DNA of 64,000 nt from Phallusia mammillata (GCA_965637545.1 OZ281501.1:14012001-14076000); one strand, 5' to 3'. Positions 1 through 14,452 are shown, counted from the first letter of the stretch. Made by a program: numbers and translations. Notes: generated by a model from the sequence alone, not told the origin.

Positions 1-2267
1 CCAAATAAAATTTGAAGCAGTCATAATTTGGCAATTGCATGTTTCTGTCAAATACGCATTCTTTCTGAACAAGGCATGTGTTACAAAAATGTGGATATTT
101 GTTGTTTACAAGCCACCACACAAAAATGTGCCCTTTTCATCCATTAGTTGGTACAATAGTTAAAAAGTTTCATAAGGCCATTGTTGGTAATATTATATAT
201 TCCTGTTTCTGTCCTAAACTAAATAATGGCAAGGGAATTATCCCTTGTCATGCAATAAGACAATTGAGAAGATCTGTGGAAAACCAAGCAGTCCCAGAAT
301 GTATAAGTGTATAAAGATCAATCAAAAACAAAAACAAAAAACAGTTTTGTCGTAAGTAAGCTGTAAAGCACAATGTTTTTGGTATTTGTATCTTTTCTTG
401 CTTTAGTTCACATAATGAAGTTGGTCATAAAGAAATATATATTGCTAGATGTCTGCTATAGAAAATTCAATTGGTAGTATGATGTAAACACTAATCTCAG
501 CTCCAACCTATATCCAATATACGTTCAAGAAAGAATGACAACCTACTGATTGCACAAAAATATGATAATTGCAAAAAGGCAAATTTGCGTCAAATAACTC
601 ATGAAAGGTTCATCAAATTGTCCAACCACTTCTGGAAAACATTTCTCACAGTTAAATTTGCTCTGCCGTCATGTCAATCAGCTTAAGTTTTGCACTACCA
701 ATACCACATACAACGGCTAAGGTAACACAGACCATAATAGGCAATATCAATCTTTACAGTTCAAGTGTAAAAGTCTGTCCTTTACTGTTGTAAACAACCT
801 GCATTCAACATGTATCTAGGATGTGGTGGACTTAGCCAATACGGCATACCTCACTACTCCATACTAACATTGCCATTTTCATGCTTACTGTTTGCCAGAA
901 TTCATCATAATGAATGAAGTTTTTTTTATCTCCAAGTTACAACCAAAATGCATCATATCTTGATGACAATATGAAAAAGTCACAGAATAGATATATATAT
1001 AAACTATAATGGTGGCTTCATCAATATTACCTTTTTGCATAAACAATGGCCTCCTTTGAAATATGCATTGCATGTGTCCATTTTAAATGCTTATGATTTG
1101 TTGGCAAACAACTTTTGGGGGCATTAAGACCTGTATAATACGAATACCATGCTATACAGGTCATTAAATTGTTTAACATTCAGACATTTTTAAGCAATTT
1201 GACTTAATTTGGGGTTCTAGCAGGGTCAAACATAGCCAAGAAACAGCAGAGCATTTTTTAAAACTTTAAATCAACAAAAAAAGTAGTACTTCATCATATG
1301 CAGTAATCACCAGCATAAAATCAGCATATGCTCAATCAAGATCATTTTGCTTCTGGTAAACAGCATAAAAAATAAAATAAAAGCAATTTGATTGTTAGCA
1401 AAAGACAGGAGTAACTACCAGAGCTAGGATGCAAAAGCAGCTTTTTTATACCACCACAAAGTGTTGATTGTGACTTTAATGTGGTGCAATATATACCACC
1501 AGTAGTGGTTAATGAATCCGTATTTCCCATGTGGTGAAATATAAATCTTACCAAACTTCCAAAGAACATGGGATCCAAGAAAAAACAAAATTTCTGGTAA
1601 CACCTTGCCAGTCACTTATTAATTGCCCCATCATGGGACACATAGGACCGATAAACTCCAAAATATAAACTGATTTTGCACTGAAAACTACCTGTATAAA
1701 ATGGCACTACTAGTAGTGGCGCATTTTTGGCAGCCTTCTTATAATTCAGCATTTCATATGATTAGGTACATTGCTGTCAATGTACATTTTGTCTGAGTTA
1801 CAGCTTGTTTAGTTTATAGTATTGTTTTTTTTAATGTATAATAAAGACATTTATACTATTGATTTACAATTTGTTTCTGTAATTGCAACATTTATAGATA
1901 ACGTAACAACATGGTAGTTTTAGGTTAATTGGATTTAACAAATGCAAAAGCAGTACTTTTGTAACTGTAGATTATTATTTATGTAATTTATCATTATCAG
2001 CAAATTTTCTGGAACTAAAGTGTTTTGCTGTAGTGTAGCATTATCCTTTTTCAGGCAAATTCAGCACTTTAGATATCTTGAATAAGCTAAAAATGCTTGC
2101 AACTGCGGTTAACACGGATAAATTAGCCATATTTTCACATTTAAAAGCCTAGTTTCGAGTCAGGCCAAAAATTCAACATTGGCAAAGAGGTCCCAGCAGT
2201 GTAAGGCATAAATATACAAGAAAAATCACATAGTTGTGTTAATGGTGAATGAATAGAGGCAACTTAC

Positions 2268-5200
2268 CACTACCTCCCCCTTGTTTGAAGCCTTCTGAAT
2301 CGCCTTGGTCACCACTGAATTCATAAAAAAGCAACCACAATTTATAGCAATGCCCACTTCAATAGAAGCAAGGCACCTTCACCAGTAATATGGCGGAACT
2401 TGGATTAATTAAGTTGGCGGCACATTTATACATACAGTATACTAGGCATAAAATATACAGGCATGGGGTAAAGTACAGGGGTATTTTTCAAGAACAAAAA
2501 AATCGATACTTTTCCAGGAAATTATATGAATACTCATATTGGGGTACCAGATCGAAAAAAAGAAAAAAACTGCATATCGTGTCTGTGGGTTAATGTAATC
2601 TTTTCAGGACACATGAACAATTGGCCTCACACCAACATTTGTTGCAATATATACATTTTGCTAGTTATAAACCAAGGCAGTTTACAGTTTTTCGACACCA
2701 GAAAAATCAAGAGTCATCAGCCAAGCAAACTTTATGCATGCATGTTGAGAAAGCATGTCATATTTTTTAGCTCAAATAATATATTGGTTTGGAAATGTAC
2801 AAACAAAGTAGTTTTGTCATAATGCCCAGTCCTAAAGTTGCTAACACAGGTTGCAATTTCACCCCAAACTTTGTCAAACCCAGGTGGAGAAAAGTAATGA
2901 AATTGAGCCCAAACAAACAAGTGTTGGCAATCCCCATGCCTGGAGAAACACAAAAGCAAAAAAAAAACATTTCCTAACATATAAACTTACCCATTTCATG
3001 ATTGAAAATTGGAAAATGTTTCACATTATTAAATAGGTTTGTTACATGCATTTTTTCGGAAATGTTTATTAAGACACACCCAATCATCAAACATTGATTG
3101 ATTTGAGAGCTTAGGCTCCGCATGTAAATAGTTCATTAAAATATGTAAAGAGAAATGTCTTACAGATAACTTGAAAAAAAACTGAATTCCAAACTGACAG
3201 ACATATGCGATATATAGCTGGTAAGTAGCTAGCTTTTTTTCTAATTTTAGTTGTCAATTTGTCAAACATGCTAAATGTTTCACAAAATAGAAACATAACA
3301 TACCGTGAATCCCCATATCCACCACCACGACCTCCACGAAAGCCGCCTCCCCCTCCTCCACGTCCTTCATAACCACCTCGGCCTCTGCCACCATCATAAC
3401 CACCACGACCCCCGTCTTGGCCACCTCGGGCACCATCATAACCACTTCCTCTTCCAGTTTCATAGCCACCTCGGCCACCCCCTAAAACAACATTTAAACT
3501 TTGCAAACAAACAGGAGATTGACTGCAAATAAATTAGGCATTTACATCAACACACATTGCATTAAAGTTAAAAAACTTTGGTGTTGGTATGCCTCTTTGC
3601 ACATTTGTGTGTTGTAGAAGTCAATGAACTTATTTGCTACTTGATACGAAGTATATATATAAATGTAGATACGAGATATACACACAAATACATGCAGAAA
3701 CACTGGCAATACTTGCTTGATGTTTGCCCACAAAACTATTATTATTATAAAAACCTCTATTTTGAGTTTCCGAAGAATCATTCCCACCTTTTTCACGTTG
3801 CTGCAAAACAAAGTTAAACAGCATTAAACAACTACAAATTTTATCTTATATTACAGCATAATATATGATGTAGAAATTAAAACTTATGGAGGCCAAGGAT
3901 GTAAAAGGCCAGATTAAAGAAATTTATTATTTACATAAAAAGCTTAGCAGCTGGAAAATATCCAAAAATGTTATAGTTTCCTAATGATCTGTTCACTAAT
4001 ATAATCTAGTGCTATTTAAACACACCTGGCCGCCAGCATTGTAGCCCCCAGACTGGTTTCCACTTCCTTGGTTGTATCCACCAGATTGACCACCTTGCCC
4101 ATAACCACCAGCACTCTTTTGTCCATAACTTCCTTGTTGGTTGTTACCTTGTCCAAATCCTCCTTGTTGACCACCCTGACCCTGATTGTATCCACTCTGC
4201 TGACCTCCACTTTGTTGACCATAACTGGCAGATTGCTGACCCTGACCATAGCTTCCTGATTGCATTCCTCCCTGGGTTTGTCCATACCCACTAGCTTGTT
4301 GACCTTGGTTGTAACCACTTTGTTGTTGGCCACCACTCTGTTGTCCTCCATACATACCAGACTGGGATTGATTTGTGTTTTGACCATACCCACTAGGTTG
4401 TTGGGGCTTGGACTGGCCATAAGATTGTGCTCCTTGACCATAGCTTTGCTGTTGCTGTTGGGCTTGTGAGGCAGCTGCAGGTTTTGCTGCGGAATTTGCT
4501 GTGGCTGCCCCACCTTGTTGATATGAGCTCTGTTGATTATATTGTTGTTGTTGTTGTCCATAGCCTCCACCACTGTTGGCGGTGTTTCCACCTTGCTGAT
4601 TGTAGCCACTATATTGTTGGTTCACTATGGAAAAGTATGTTTTAGAATTATGTAGATATAAAAATAAAAAGCAGCATCAAATAGGTTTAAAATATATATA
4701 TTAAACCATATTACTTGCTTTTATGAATTATTTGTTTTGTGAATTGCTTGGCAGCACAGATCTTTGTTAGCATGGCAAAACTATAGTTATTATGATTTAA
4801 ACATAAAACGTTTGCATAAATATACTGCAGATACATAGAGAACTACCCGAAATCACATGAGTTTCACAAATACAATTTTGTGCAACAACCATTCTTTCCA
4901 TTTCCAATATGGCCTAAAGCAGCCAGTATGAATAGTGTGGCAGCTGCACATGCGATTTTTTTTTTTCAAATAAATTTTTGCACGCCAAGTTTTGGGGTTT
5001 GCACGTGAAAATTTCCCACCAAAGGCATTTAATTGGGCTGTCTTGACCTCTTTTACTTGCTTTGCGCCTGCTGAAATTGGTCTTGCACCAGAACTTACGG
5101 GTCGTGCATGTGCGCAATGCAGGTCCTGCATGCACAAGATCTCGTCGGCAACTGCCATGTTCTGCAGACTGGTAAAGCAGTGGTTCCCAACGTTTTTGTA

Positions 5201-7092
5201 CCTTTGTTTCTTGCATTAAACATTATTATACTTTCTGGTGCTCAATTTTATAACAAAGCAATATAAATTATAATGTTTAAGTGTGTTGTGATGTCACATT
5301 GGAGGCAACAATCACAAAAATGGTGAAAACGTAAAAGTTTTTACTGTTGGTAATGATACTTAAAATGTTTGCCTTCACAGACCCCAGATTGGAAAGTTTT
5401 ATTTTTGCGCGGAGGATATTTTTTTCGTCAAAATAATTGCGCGGATGTTTGCACGGAATTGCAATTTTCTGCGCGGATCGATAGACTTTTGATTGACAGG
5501 TGGATTTAACGATTAACGCAATTTGTATGTAACGCCTGCAAGACTATCCAGCCGACAAAAAGAACTAAAAAAAGTAATAAACACGACGAATCTTCAGTTT
5601 TGCTCTATTGCGCACGCAGCTGTTCTGCTAGATTCTACAATTTTTCATTTTCATAACGATTCAAACATTTTGCTGATTTGTTTTGTGGGGATCGTTTATG
5701 ATTGCCAAACTGCTCTTAACTGTTTTTACTTATTTGTCATACAGAAAACATTTTTTATGTAACTTGCCTAGCCGACAGTCACTTTAATAGTCAAACTACG
5801 TCCTAAAAATACAGATAAATGTACTTTTAACGACAACGTTAGCGAAACAGAAAAATGTTATTTCAAGCGTGACGATCGGTAAGTTTCGATGTGCTTGACT
5901 GATTTACGTGGATTGTAAGTTCGCGAAATAATGACGACTAGAACTTCATTGTAAAACGAAAATATAAAATTTTAAAGAAAGTTTATTATAGTTACCTACG
6001 AAAGCTGTGCCAAGTTGCGCGGACAACATTTTTTTGCGCGGATTACATGTAAAAAAGCCTAAATTTGCGCGGATTACAAGGGGAAATCCAAAATATTGAT
6101 AAATCCTCCGCGCAGGCCATTCTTTCCAATCTGGCACAGACCCCCTAAAACCAATGGTTTTAAACCATCACCCCTTGGCGGTTCGAAAGTGAGCCCCTTT
6201 TGGACATTTTGAGCGGTGGCGCGTCATTGATTGCTGGCGAGCGGGGACGGCGGCATTATGCGCGAGTTATGGACTTCGAGTTAATATTCGGAGCTGAGCC
6301 CCCGATATTGCAATAACCAGTTAGGGCTTTTTGAAAACGGCATGTTCTGCAGAAACAGAATATGTTAGTCGCTTTTATTCTGCGAAACGCGTTAAAGAGC
6401 ATTAAGCAGTCATATTCATAGGCGTATTAATATTTGTGGTTTCCATATTTTTTCAAACCAATGCCATCGATGGTTTGATAATGCTTACAAAAGTATTGTG
6501 TTAAAATTTTTTTGTTCAGCTTTGTTTGGTTCGCGAGATATTGGGGTCGAAAGTGCACCCTTTGCGTGGTTGCTGGCGCCTTTTTTTTGCTGGTTGCCAG
6601 GATCGCATAGGTGGTTGGGAACCACTGGCCTAAAGTGAGTAAAAAACAACAAATCGAAGATGTTAAGTAACTTACTTCCACCAGCTTGTTGTGGGTATTG
6701 TTGAGAGTAACCATATCCATAACCTGCATTCTGTCCACCAGCTGCTGCACCCTGCAATAAATCAGTGTAAATCAACGAGATGCATGTCATTACTTTTTTC
6801 AGGAAAAGTCACACCATAATTTTATTAACACCTTGTTTTAGTACAATTTATTTTCTGCAGAAACAGTACCTGTTGTTGGCCAGTTTGTCCACCTTTGGCC
6901 ATTTGCTGACCATATCCATACGGTTGTTGCTGTTGTGGTTGCATTGTACCGCCACCACCGTAACTTTGTTGCTCTTAATAAATAACAAAAGTTACACAGT
7001 TATCATAAGGCCCAAAGTAACACAAGTTTTACTGGCTGCCCAAGCTAACATATTTTTACACAATTTAAATACATTCACTTACGTGTGTTCAT
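2268..7092 (-). CDS. FET-family (FUS/EWS/TAF15-like) RNA-binding protein, N-terminal SYGQ prion-like and RGG exons; 3' part not in window
   Basis: Exons read by eye: 7092-7083 (ATGAACACAC|gtaagt), 6973-6870, 6751-6676, 4624-4026 (200-codon SYGQ-rich exon), a probable small exon near 3800-3755, 3481-3304 (RGG repeats) and 2314-2268 (RGDQGDSEGFKQGGGSG). A very short phase-1 first coding exon followed by SYGQ then RGG is the FET layout. RRM and zinc finger were not found in 1-2267. Confidence 0.75.
5407..6113. mobile_element. ~700-bp inverted-repeat element with subterminal GCGCGGA repeats (unclassified MITE-like)
   Basis: GCGCGGAGGAT at 5407-5417 and ATCCTCCGCGC at 6103-6113; further TGCGCGGA copies near both ends. 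No TSD resolved. Confidence 0.5.
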
Positions 7093-8010
7093 TGGTTTAT
7101 GACAAACAATTTCCGCAGTTGTTCTTTGCAAAGTCGCGACTGAAGTTGTTTCCAAGTCAAACGTTGAATTCCTTTCCGATTTTTTATGGATGAGTTGACG
7201 GTAACTAGATTTTTTTTAGGTGAGATATACAAAGTATTGGTCTATCCTGCAACACTAAAAATATTTAAAAAAACTTACCGTATCTTAATTTAACATTATA
7301 CAACTTGATTTCAACATCACAACAAATACAAAAATATAAATAGTAGTTTGCGCTCATCTTACATTGTAAAAAACTGAAGTGCATTGTGGATGTTTTTTGT
7401 CACGTGGATTCAGAAGCGGCAAGGGCCAAGTCGTTTCTCCCAAAATGTCTGAATAATGGATGCCGATTTCAACTGTCCCCGCAGCTGCTGTTTGCCGGAA
7501 AATCCCATAATAAAGAAGTAAGAACTAGTGTCTTGCAGTACACCAATGCTTTTAACGTTGTGCAACTTACATATTTTTCACTAATTGCTTGTTTAAAATT
7601 ACGTAGTTGTCAAAAACTAAGCATCATGTTTTTTGGCGACAATTATTACAGTTTTTAATCGCTAGTTGCCGTGGAAACAATAACATACTGTTATTGTTCT
7701 GCAATTTGTTTTTTTGCAACTTGCAAGCCACACAACGTTGCTTGAAAGGTATGCAGTACAACCACGTAGTGGGAGTAAAGAGTTAGCATGGTACAATAAT
7801 AAAAGTCATTCTGGTCATAAAAGACAAAAGTGGACATGCGGCATTTTGTGTCGTGTCAATGGGACATCCAAGGTTCATACCAACAAAAATGAAACCCTCG
7901 AAATAACAGTAGTACCACACAACTATCAGATTTTGCACAGACACCGTCAGCCTTTCGTGTACACTTGTTATTCCTGACAGTTTTTATTTAACCCGAAACG
8001 ATACATTTAT

Positions 8011-8214
8011 GTAGGCTCGGGTTCGAACTCCGGCCGGGTTTGGGTATTAGTTTCAATAAAACGGACTTGATTCGGACCTCACCCCACACTCGACATTGTT
8101 TTTATTTACCTGTACTTTCTGGCCTATTATGGACTTAAAAAAAACGGACTCTGACCGGGTTTCGGGCTCGTATTTTCGGGCTCCCGCCCATTTTCAGTTC
8201 GACTTACAACTCTG
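8011..8214. repeat. Truncated copy of the CAGAGCTGTAA MITE family (full copy at 49269-49535)
   Basis: Ends TTACAACTCTG and contains the same GGGTTCGGGCT motifs; left TIR absent. Confidence 0.55.
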
Positions 8215-11200
8215 TTAAGGCTGTATCGTAGTGCAATCTAGTATATGAATTCCGGTGCATTAAAAACAACTGGTGATAACCTGATGTTCACAACCCGCTA
8301 AAATTAGACACATGTGTGTGGGCACGTAACGCATCAAGTGGCTTATACTAATTGGTGGCGCGTATCTCGATGACCGGATGACAAACAAGTTGTAGAAAGT
8401 TGGCAAACTCTACAAATTGCGGTGAAAGTACCTAAAGTACATGGATTGCGCAATCTGCAGGTAAGACTTGTTTTCCATTGTTGTGATAGCCTACTTGTCC
8501 CAGTATGTCAATCATCCTTAACGGGCGTTTTTGTGACAGGTCGTGTCATTACAGCAAGTACAATGATCGGTTTTCTCACGTAGCCTACGAACTGGGCGGA
8601 TTTAAAATGGACTGTCCAGTAATAAGAATAGAAAATGATCGGCACCTACCAAAGATCGCTCTTGCTTTTTACCCACCACTATGGGTTTGCTAAATAGAGA
8701 GACAAGGAGTTTCCGACAAAATAAATGGTAAGTGCATGTTTCCTTTCGTTTTTTTAGGCAAAGTTTTTTGCCACATCAGCCCACGCACCGACACTACGTC
8801 GATTTATTTAAAGGAGGAATGACTCAGGGGTTTTAATTTCCGTAGTCGGATGGTCAAAAAGATGTTCACAGGAAATCACGTACCGCGTTAATACGTTTTT
8901 CGAATAAAGTTGCACAACTATTACAATGACTAACTAACACAACTCGATTTTTTGCAATTCATGGCTCAATCCCAAACCGCAAAAAATACTGTCAAGGATT
9001 ACTATTAACAAAAAAACGAATCCTAATGATCAGACAGAAAACCAACAGATCTGCTTAAATCTTTTCAAAAAGTAAATTTTGGCGATTAAACTTGGATACA
9101 TGCTACATTACGTCCTCTTTTTGGAGTGCATCCTCCTTTTTAACAAAAACAAGTTGTCCTCCGAGGACAAGAAAAAATGCCCAAATGTCCTCCTTTTTAA
9201 GGAATTTCTGATTTATCAAATACATATGTGACAATTATGCCTTTGAAAGCAGCCAAATATACATCTTCAGCTTAATTTTTAAAGAATACAGGTTTTCCAT
9301 TTTGAAAATACAAGCTTATTTTAGTGTTGTGATGATAAACGTTAAGCTTTATCCAAAAACTATTGTATACCGTCTAACTTCTGAAGCTTTTATTTTTGGG
9401 AGGCCTTAAAGTATTGTTTTCATGTTGTTTCAACAATGTGTCCTCCTTTCTGGGGATGGAAATATGGTAGGCCTATTCTACGTTAGTGTTTGTATTTAAA
9501 TCATTTTCGCAACTTGTAATGATCTTTGACTTAGCTAAATGCGTGTAAAAAAGCAACATGATCCAAAACATTAAGTTGTATTTAAATATCTGTCATTATG
9601 TTTTCTTTGCTGTCTGTCTAGCATTGATGTATTGCATTTCCCAAATAAGGTTTGGTCGCCAAAAATGGATTGTCAATCTCAAGTAAACGACTTTTAAGCC
9701 GTTTAGAAATGAGTCCGCAAATATTCCGTTTAATTGCTTTGTAATTACAATTAAAATGCTCGCCTCAAGTGCACGTCTAATTCCAATCATTGAATTGACA
9801 TGTTAATTAGATTAATATTAAGCTATTATGTAAGAGGAATATTTTGACATATTCGGAAATACTTTTGACAGAAAACACTTTGTAAGTTTTGTAATTTCAC
9901 CCACACACACTTAAACATGTCTATAGTAAGTGGCAGTAAAAATCCCCTTCATTACTATGGCATGTCGCCACTTAACTTTTAAATACCAGAAAATTCTGCC
10001 AGTATCTGTGCAATGTAGTGACAGTACAGAAAATGCAAATATTATACGCCCCATTTGTATAGCGTTTGTTATAGTGGCCCTGGTTGTTTTTGCAACTTTG
10101 AGGTAGTCATCTTGTCCTCCGTTGCACTTTATTGGTTTATTGTTGTCTGGCATTTAATGGTGTCTTATAATTACAAAATTTTGCCGTTTTGTCTGAAGGC
10201 TGGCAAGACACTTACAACAACGTCTGTCATATACGCAAGTACCTATAGTTCTTAACAAAAGTAAATTTAGTCGATTACCAAAGAAAAATGTGTTGTTGAT
10301 CCTTGCATGCTGTTAAGCAATTTCACTTATGAAGCGCACGATGCCGTGTATAACGGGTTTCCAAAAGATCTCACATCAATTGAGGCACTCAAATCTTGCG
10401 TTTCATTTCACCACATAACTTTTTAATTACGGAATCGAATATTATTAACGGTTTCATGTTTTTCGTATATTGCGTTTGCTGTGGGCTGTGGGAACCTGTA
10501 TTTAACTGCGCGCGCAAATAATGAGATATAAATATTGCCTTCAAAACCGCTTACGTCTCGCGTGCACATCAAATTTTAAAGACTTAACCTTACGAAATTG
10601 AAACCGCAGAGGTATTCGAATTCCTTTTACCAAATATAGTTGACCAATGCAAAAGCTTAAATGTCTGTTGCACGCAAACAACCTTTGTTTTCGTGTTGAA
10701 AACGCGTAACGCTGCGTACCACTCGTGGAAATGTGACGTACCGTTTGCTTGGAAACGTGCCGCAATCAGCAAATTTTTACGTCACGAATAAAGAATTTAT
10801 GTAGCTTCTGACGTCACAAACCTACCAGCTTGGTCGCGATCCAGCTGAATAGTGCATTTAAACTTACAGGCATTTGTAGTGTTCGAATATTGGTCTTACT
10901 AGTTACTACCAATGAAAATGAACTTGTGCAATAGGTCCAACACAATGTTGTCGTGCGAAAGGTAAAACGGCCCGCCTTCTATTTAGTTTCCTGCTTGAAG
11001 TACGTGAACACGTTGCAATGCTTCACATCGTAGGTTGCGACGATTTCTAATGACGCTCATTAGTTTCTAAAGGACACGCAAATATTTATAGACGATAAAC
11101 ATGTCTATTAATTCGCCCTACTTGTCTGAGTTGCTTCATTTACTGCTAGAGTGTCGCGTCACATTAAGGTTAGTATTGAACCCAGTTGTATGTTCAATAC

Positions 11201-14200
11201 TTTGCTGTTAATTTAATATTTTACGTCTTATTTAACGGATCGCTGAGATGCGTTGTCAGTTACATGCCAACTTTACAGTGGGTTGTTCGAAAGCTCTCCA
11301 TAGTTATGTATAGAGATCTGGCTGCAGAAAGTCTTTAAGTGGGGAAGTTGATTCGATATTTTTCGTAGAATGTATTTAGTTTTCTAACTGTTAAACGCAT
11401 AGAAATGACACTCAACTACAAATACCACCGTATACGTTGAATTCGATCTAGCTACCTAAAAAGGATTGGTGCATTGCTTGTCCTGTAATTATATTTAAAT
11501 GCTAAAATGTTTTCAAATACCTTTAGGGTAAATTGGCAGGGACACGCTAAGCCGAATTGCTATCAATATAATCCTATGTTTAGTGCCGATAATATCTTTA
11601 CGACGCAGAAAGACGCAGTCATTCATTATGCAGACGTTGAGACGGTTAGACCCGAAATGATTCATTCCCATAAAAAGTAACCCTATGAAAGAGAAAGTAT
11701 ATTGAAAGGAAATGCGGCTGCTAAACAGAAACAAATATTCTTTGTTCCCAAAGGTTAGCGAACCGGGCACGCCAATCAGTTGTATAAATATTTAGTGACA
11801 CAGGCGCGGCTTGGTGATGAAATGTTATTCTTGTGTCAGACACTAATACTTTCTCCCCCCATGTTAGGGAGTAACCAAACGTTGTAACTCGTTTTCGACT
11901 ATTTCTGTACTTGTGCCGAAAGCAAAAAAAAATCTAAAGAATGTCAAAAATTTCGGCAGCATTGCCCAGTGAAACAAAAGTGACATAATACGTTGTGTTA
12001 AAATGCCAGGAATGTTTCCTTTGTGTATTGTAGCCGTTTTTGCTTGATTTGCCGTATGATACTTGCAGCCACGACCTTAAGCGGAATTAATCCGATTCCA
12101 AGTACATTTAACTGAGATAAAGCGCAATTCAGTCAAAATTTTAACCTTTTTAAATCATCTGAGCAAAACCAGTATTAGTGTACCAACATTTGCTGGAATG
12201 TGGATTTGCAGACGTATTTAACATTGCGGAATTGTTATGCTTTTGGTGCGAAAAAATGACACAGGAATTTCAATTTTCTGGTATCGAAGACCACTGTGGT
12301 AGAAAATTGATTTGTGTTTCCACGATATGTCATGGAGTGTGTTTGGTTTTGTGTGTAAGCGTGTTTCCCAAAATACTCTTAATAATCCTATGTTACTGCT
12401 ACAAAGATTAAATACCCTCTTCCGATTTACATTGTTTATTGCAATTTCGAATTAAGCTAACACAGATAACATGTAAGTTCGAACGTTTGGTTACCAATGC
12501 ACGTGAAATACCTAAACTACATGAGTTTAAATCCTGTCCGGTCTTGGGCAGCATCCAAATTTAATTTTGCCACAATCGCATTGTATTGCTGATATGTTTG
12601 TTTGCTAATAGTGCAAATCACAATTCACCTTTTGTCAAATACAATCCTCTTATCAAGTGATGATTATTTAACCACTATGACGTAGGAGATTGTCACGTCA
12701 CATTGCCTAAAGATCAAATTTACATTGTTTTCGTTGCACATGGATTAGCAATGCGATCGGGGAGTTTTTGCGCCACTCACAAAAATCATAATCAGAATTA
12801 TAGCTATATAAAGTGTCAAAAACTTGATTGTTATCTAAGTTTGGTCAGGTCAGTTTCCTATAGGCTGCTTAGGTGGAATTTACCAGAGCTGAAATTTGTA
12901 CCGTGTTTTTGACCTGTTTCAGCCACATACATAACATATACGTGTAATTTTTTTCCAAGTATTAGTGCCTTTAAACAATGATTATCTCAAATAGAAAAAT
13001 CTCCTCGGGTTTAATTTGGCGCTTTCGTTCAATAATAAGTTTCTGATTAGCGATAAGAAAACGAGCCGCGCAAAAAGTTGAAAGCGATTCAAAGATAGTA
13101 CCTAATTTCAGCCCTAAGTAGAACCACAAACCTTTTCTCGACAACTAATTCGAGAGAGCTTTGGCCGTGAACGCATACACTTATAATTATCTTATATTTG
13201 CAAGTACCGGATTTAGCCGTGGCCTGTGTTTTATCTTAATTGCAGCCCGGGTTATTTTTGGAAACGCGCGGCGACGTTAAAGTCTCTTTTCTGTAAGGTG
13301 TGTTTGCACGTTAACCGCTAAATCTGTTGTTATCACATTTTACGTGCAACATCCACCCGACATTACAGGTAGAGATGTATTCTGATTTTATTTAAATCTT
13401 GTCGTAGCATGCCTTACGTTACACGGTATTGAAATTATGGTCATAAATTATTCTATACCGCACGTTTGTGGAGTATGTCTTTCCATTTCACATGTGACGG
13501 TTGTACGAGCTTTAAAAACTTTGCTTGTAATAGTTTGGGACATTATCGAGAAATGATTGGAGAAATAAATACCATCACTGTCATATGTTGCCCTTCTGAC
13601 TTTATATTGGTAGCATTCTTCATAATGCTTGAGTATTTGCATGAAAAGTAATTTGGAATGCGATTATTTTGTTCGTGCACCAATGACCGAATGTGCGAAC
13701 GACCAAATATGTCGCCGATAAAAAACACTTTGCATTTGTTGGCAAAATTTCCTTGGTTACTTAATATCTTAATTTGGATTGTTCAGTTATAGAAGCAGAC
13801 CAATTTGCGAACGTACGGTACAAATTTCACGATTAAACCGCATTCTGTGGCTGAAAACTGCACGATAATGTAAATAATGACAAAAATAAAAATGTCGTTG
13901 TCTCATCTGCAACGCGTCACCAAGAATTCGCGGCATAAAAACTTCACGGTGCTATTTCCAGTGCGCGGTCTCACACGTGCCGCGATTTTTAGCACTACGC
14001 CATGAAACTGTTACGTCACAGTATGCTTTCTTCTTGAGCGCGAGCGGCATAAATACGAGGCGTGTGGGATGGTTGGATCACTCTCGACAGGGCTTGGTCT
14101 TAATTTGGACCTTGTATTTACCGATAAGAAGGTGCAGCGTTATGTTTGTGGTACCAGCTGGTGCAAAAGGCCTAGCGTGGGCTCGTCCGGGGCCGTCCAC

Positions 14201-14255
14201 GACGCCGCCTGGTCCTGAAAGGTGTTTGTGTGGGTGTGGGCCACCGTTTGAAGGG

Positions 14256-14261
14256 TATATA
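14256..14261 (+). promoter_or_regulatory. Candidate TATA box of the MSMB-like gene
   Basis: GGGTATATATG at the end of a GC-rich patch, ~195 bp upstream of the ATG. Confidence 0.35.
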
Positions 14262-14452
14262 TGTCGTGATTGGGTCACTGATGCAGTCCAAACGAGATCT
14301 ATAGATCTACAGCTGTTCTGTTAATTGTTTAAATTTTGGTGTTATTTTGCAAACCGTTTCAGCTATGTACTAATTTTTTTGTGTTTCTCTAGATTATAAG
14401 GCTTAGTTTCTAAATTTTGAACTTATCAAAAAACTTATTTCAAACCAAGAGA

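Noticed and set aside
1180-1297. Intronic C/D-box snoRNA in the FET intron
   Set aside because: Box-like words exist, but no terminal stem or guide complementarity could be supported by eye.
1424-1615. Trp/Tyr-rich 63-aa ORF as a small membrane protein
   Set aside because: Non-ATG start, no supporting exon structure, and it lies inside the presumed FET intron.
4016-4645. Overlapping alternative-frame and antisense ORFs over the SYGQ exon
   Set aside because: Expected shadows of low-complexity, codon-biased coding sequence.
5178-6627. One 1.45-kb hAT element bounded by CAGTGGTTCCCAAC and GTTGGGAACCACTG
   Set aside because: The flanks differ (tggtaaag vs gcctaaag), so these are probably ends of two separate decayed MITEs.
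7279-7357. MSANYY... as first coding exon of the FET gene
   Set aside because: It is phase-compatible, but the composition is unlike FET and ATGAACACAC|gtaagt at 7092 fits better; it may be a 5' UTR exon.
9105-9475. TGTCCTCC-repeat element ending AAATATGGTAGGCCTA
   Set aside because: It looks like a transposon relic, but only one terminus is visible, so boundaries and class cannot be supported.
13977-14324. 115-aa ORF upstream of the MSMB-like gene
   Set aside because: No recognisable motif; it overlies a GC-rich promoter-like patch where chance ORFs are longer.
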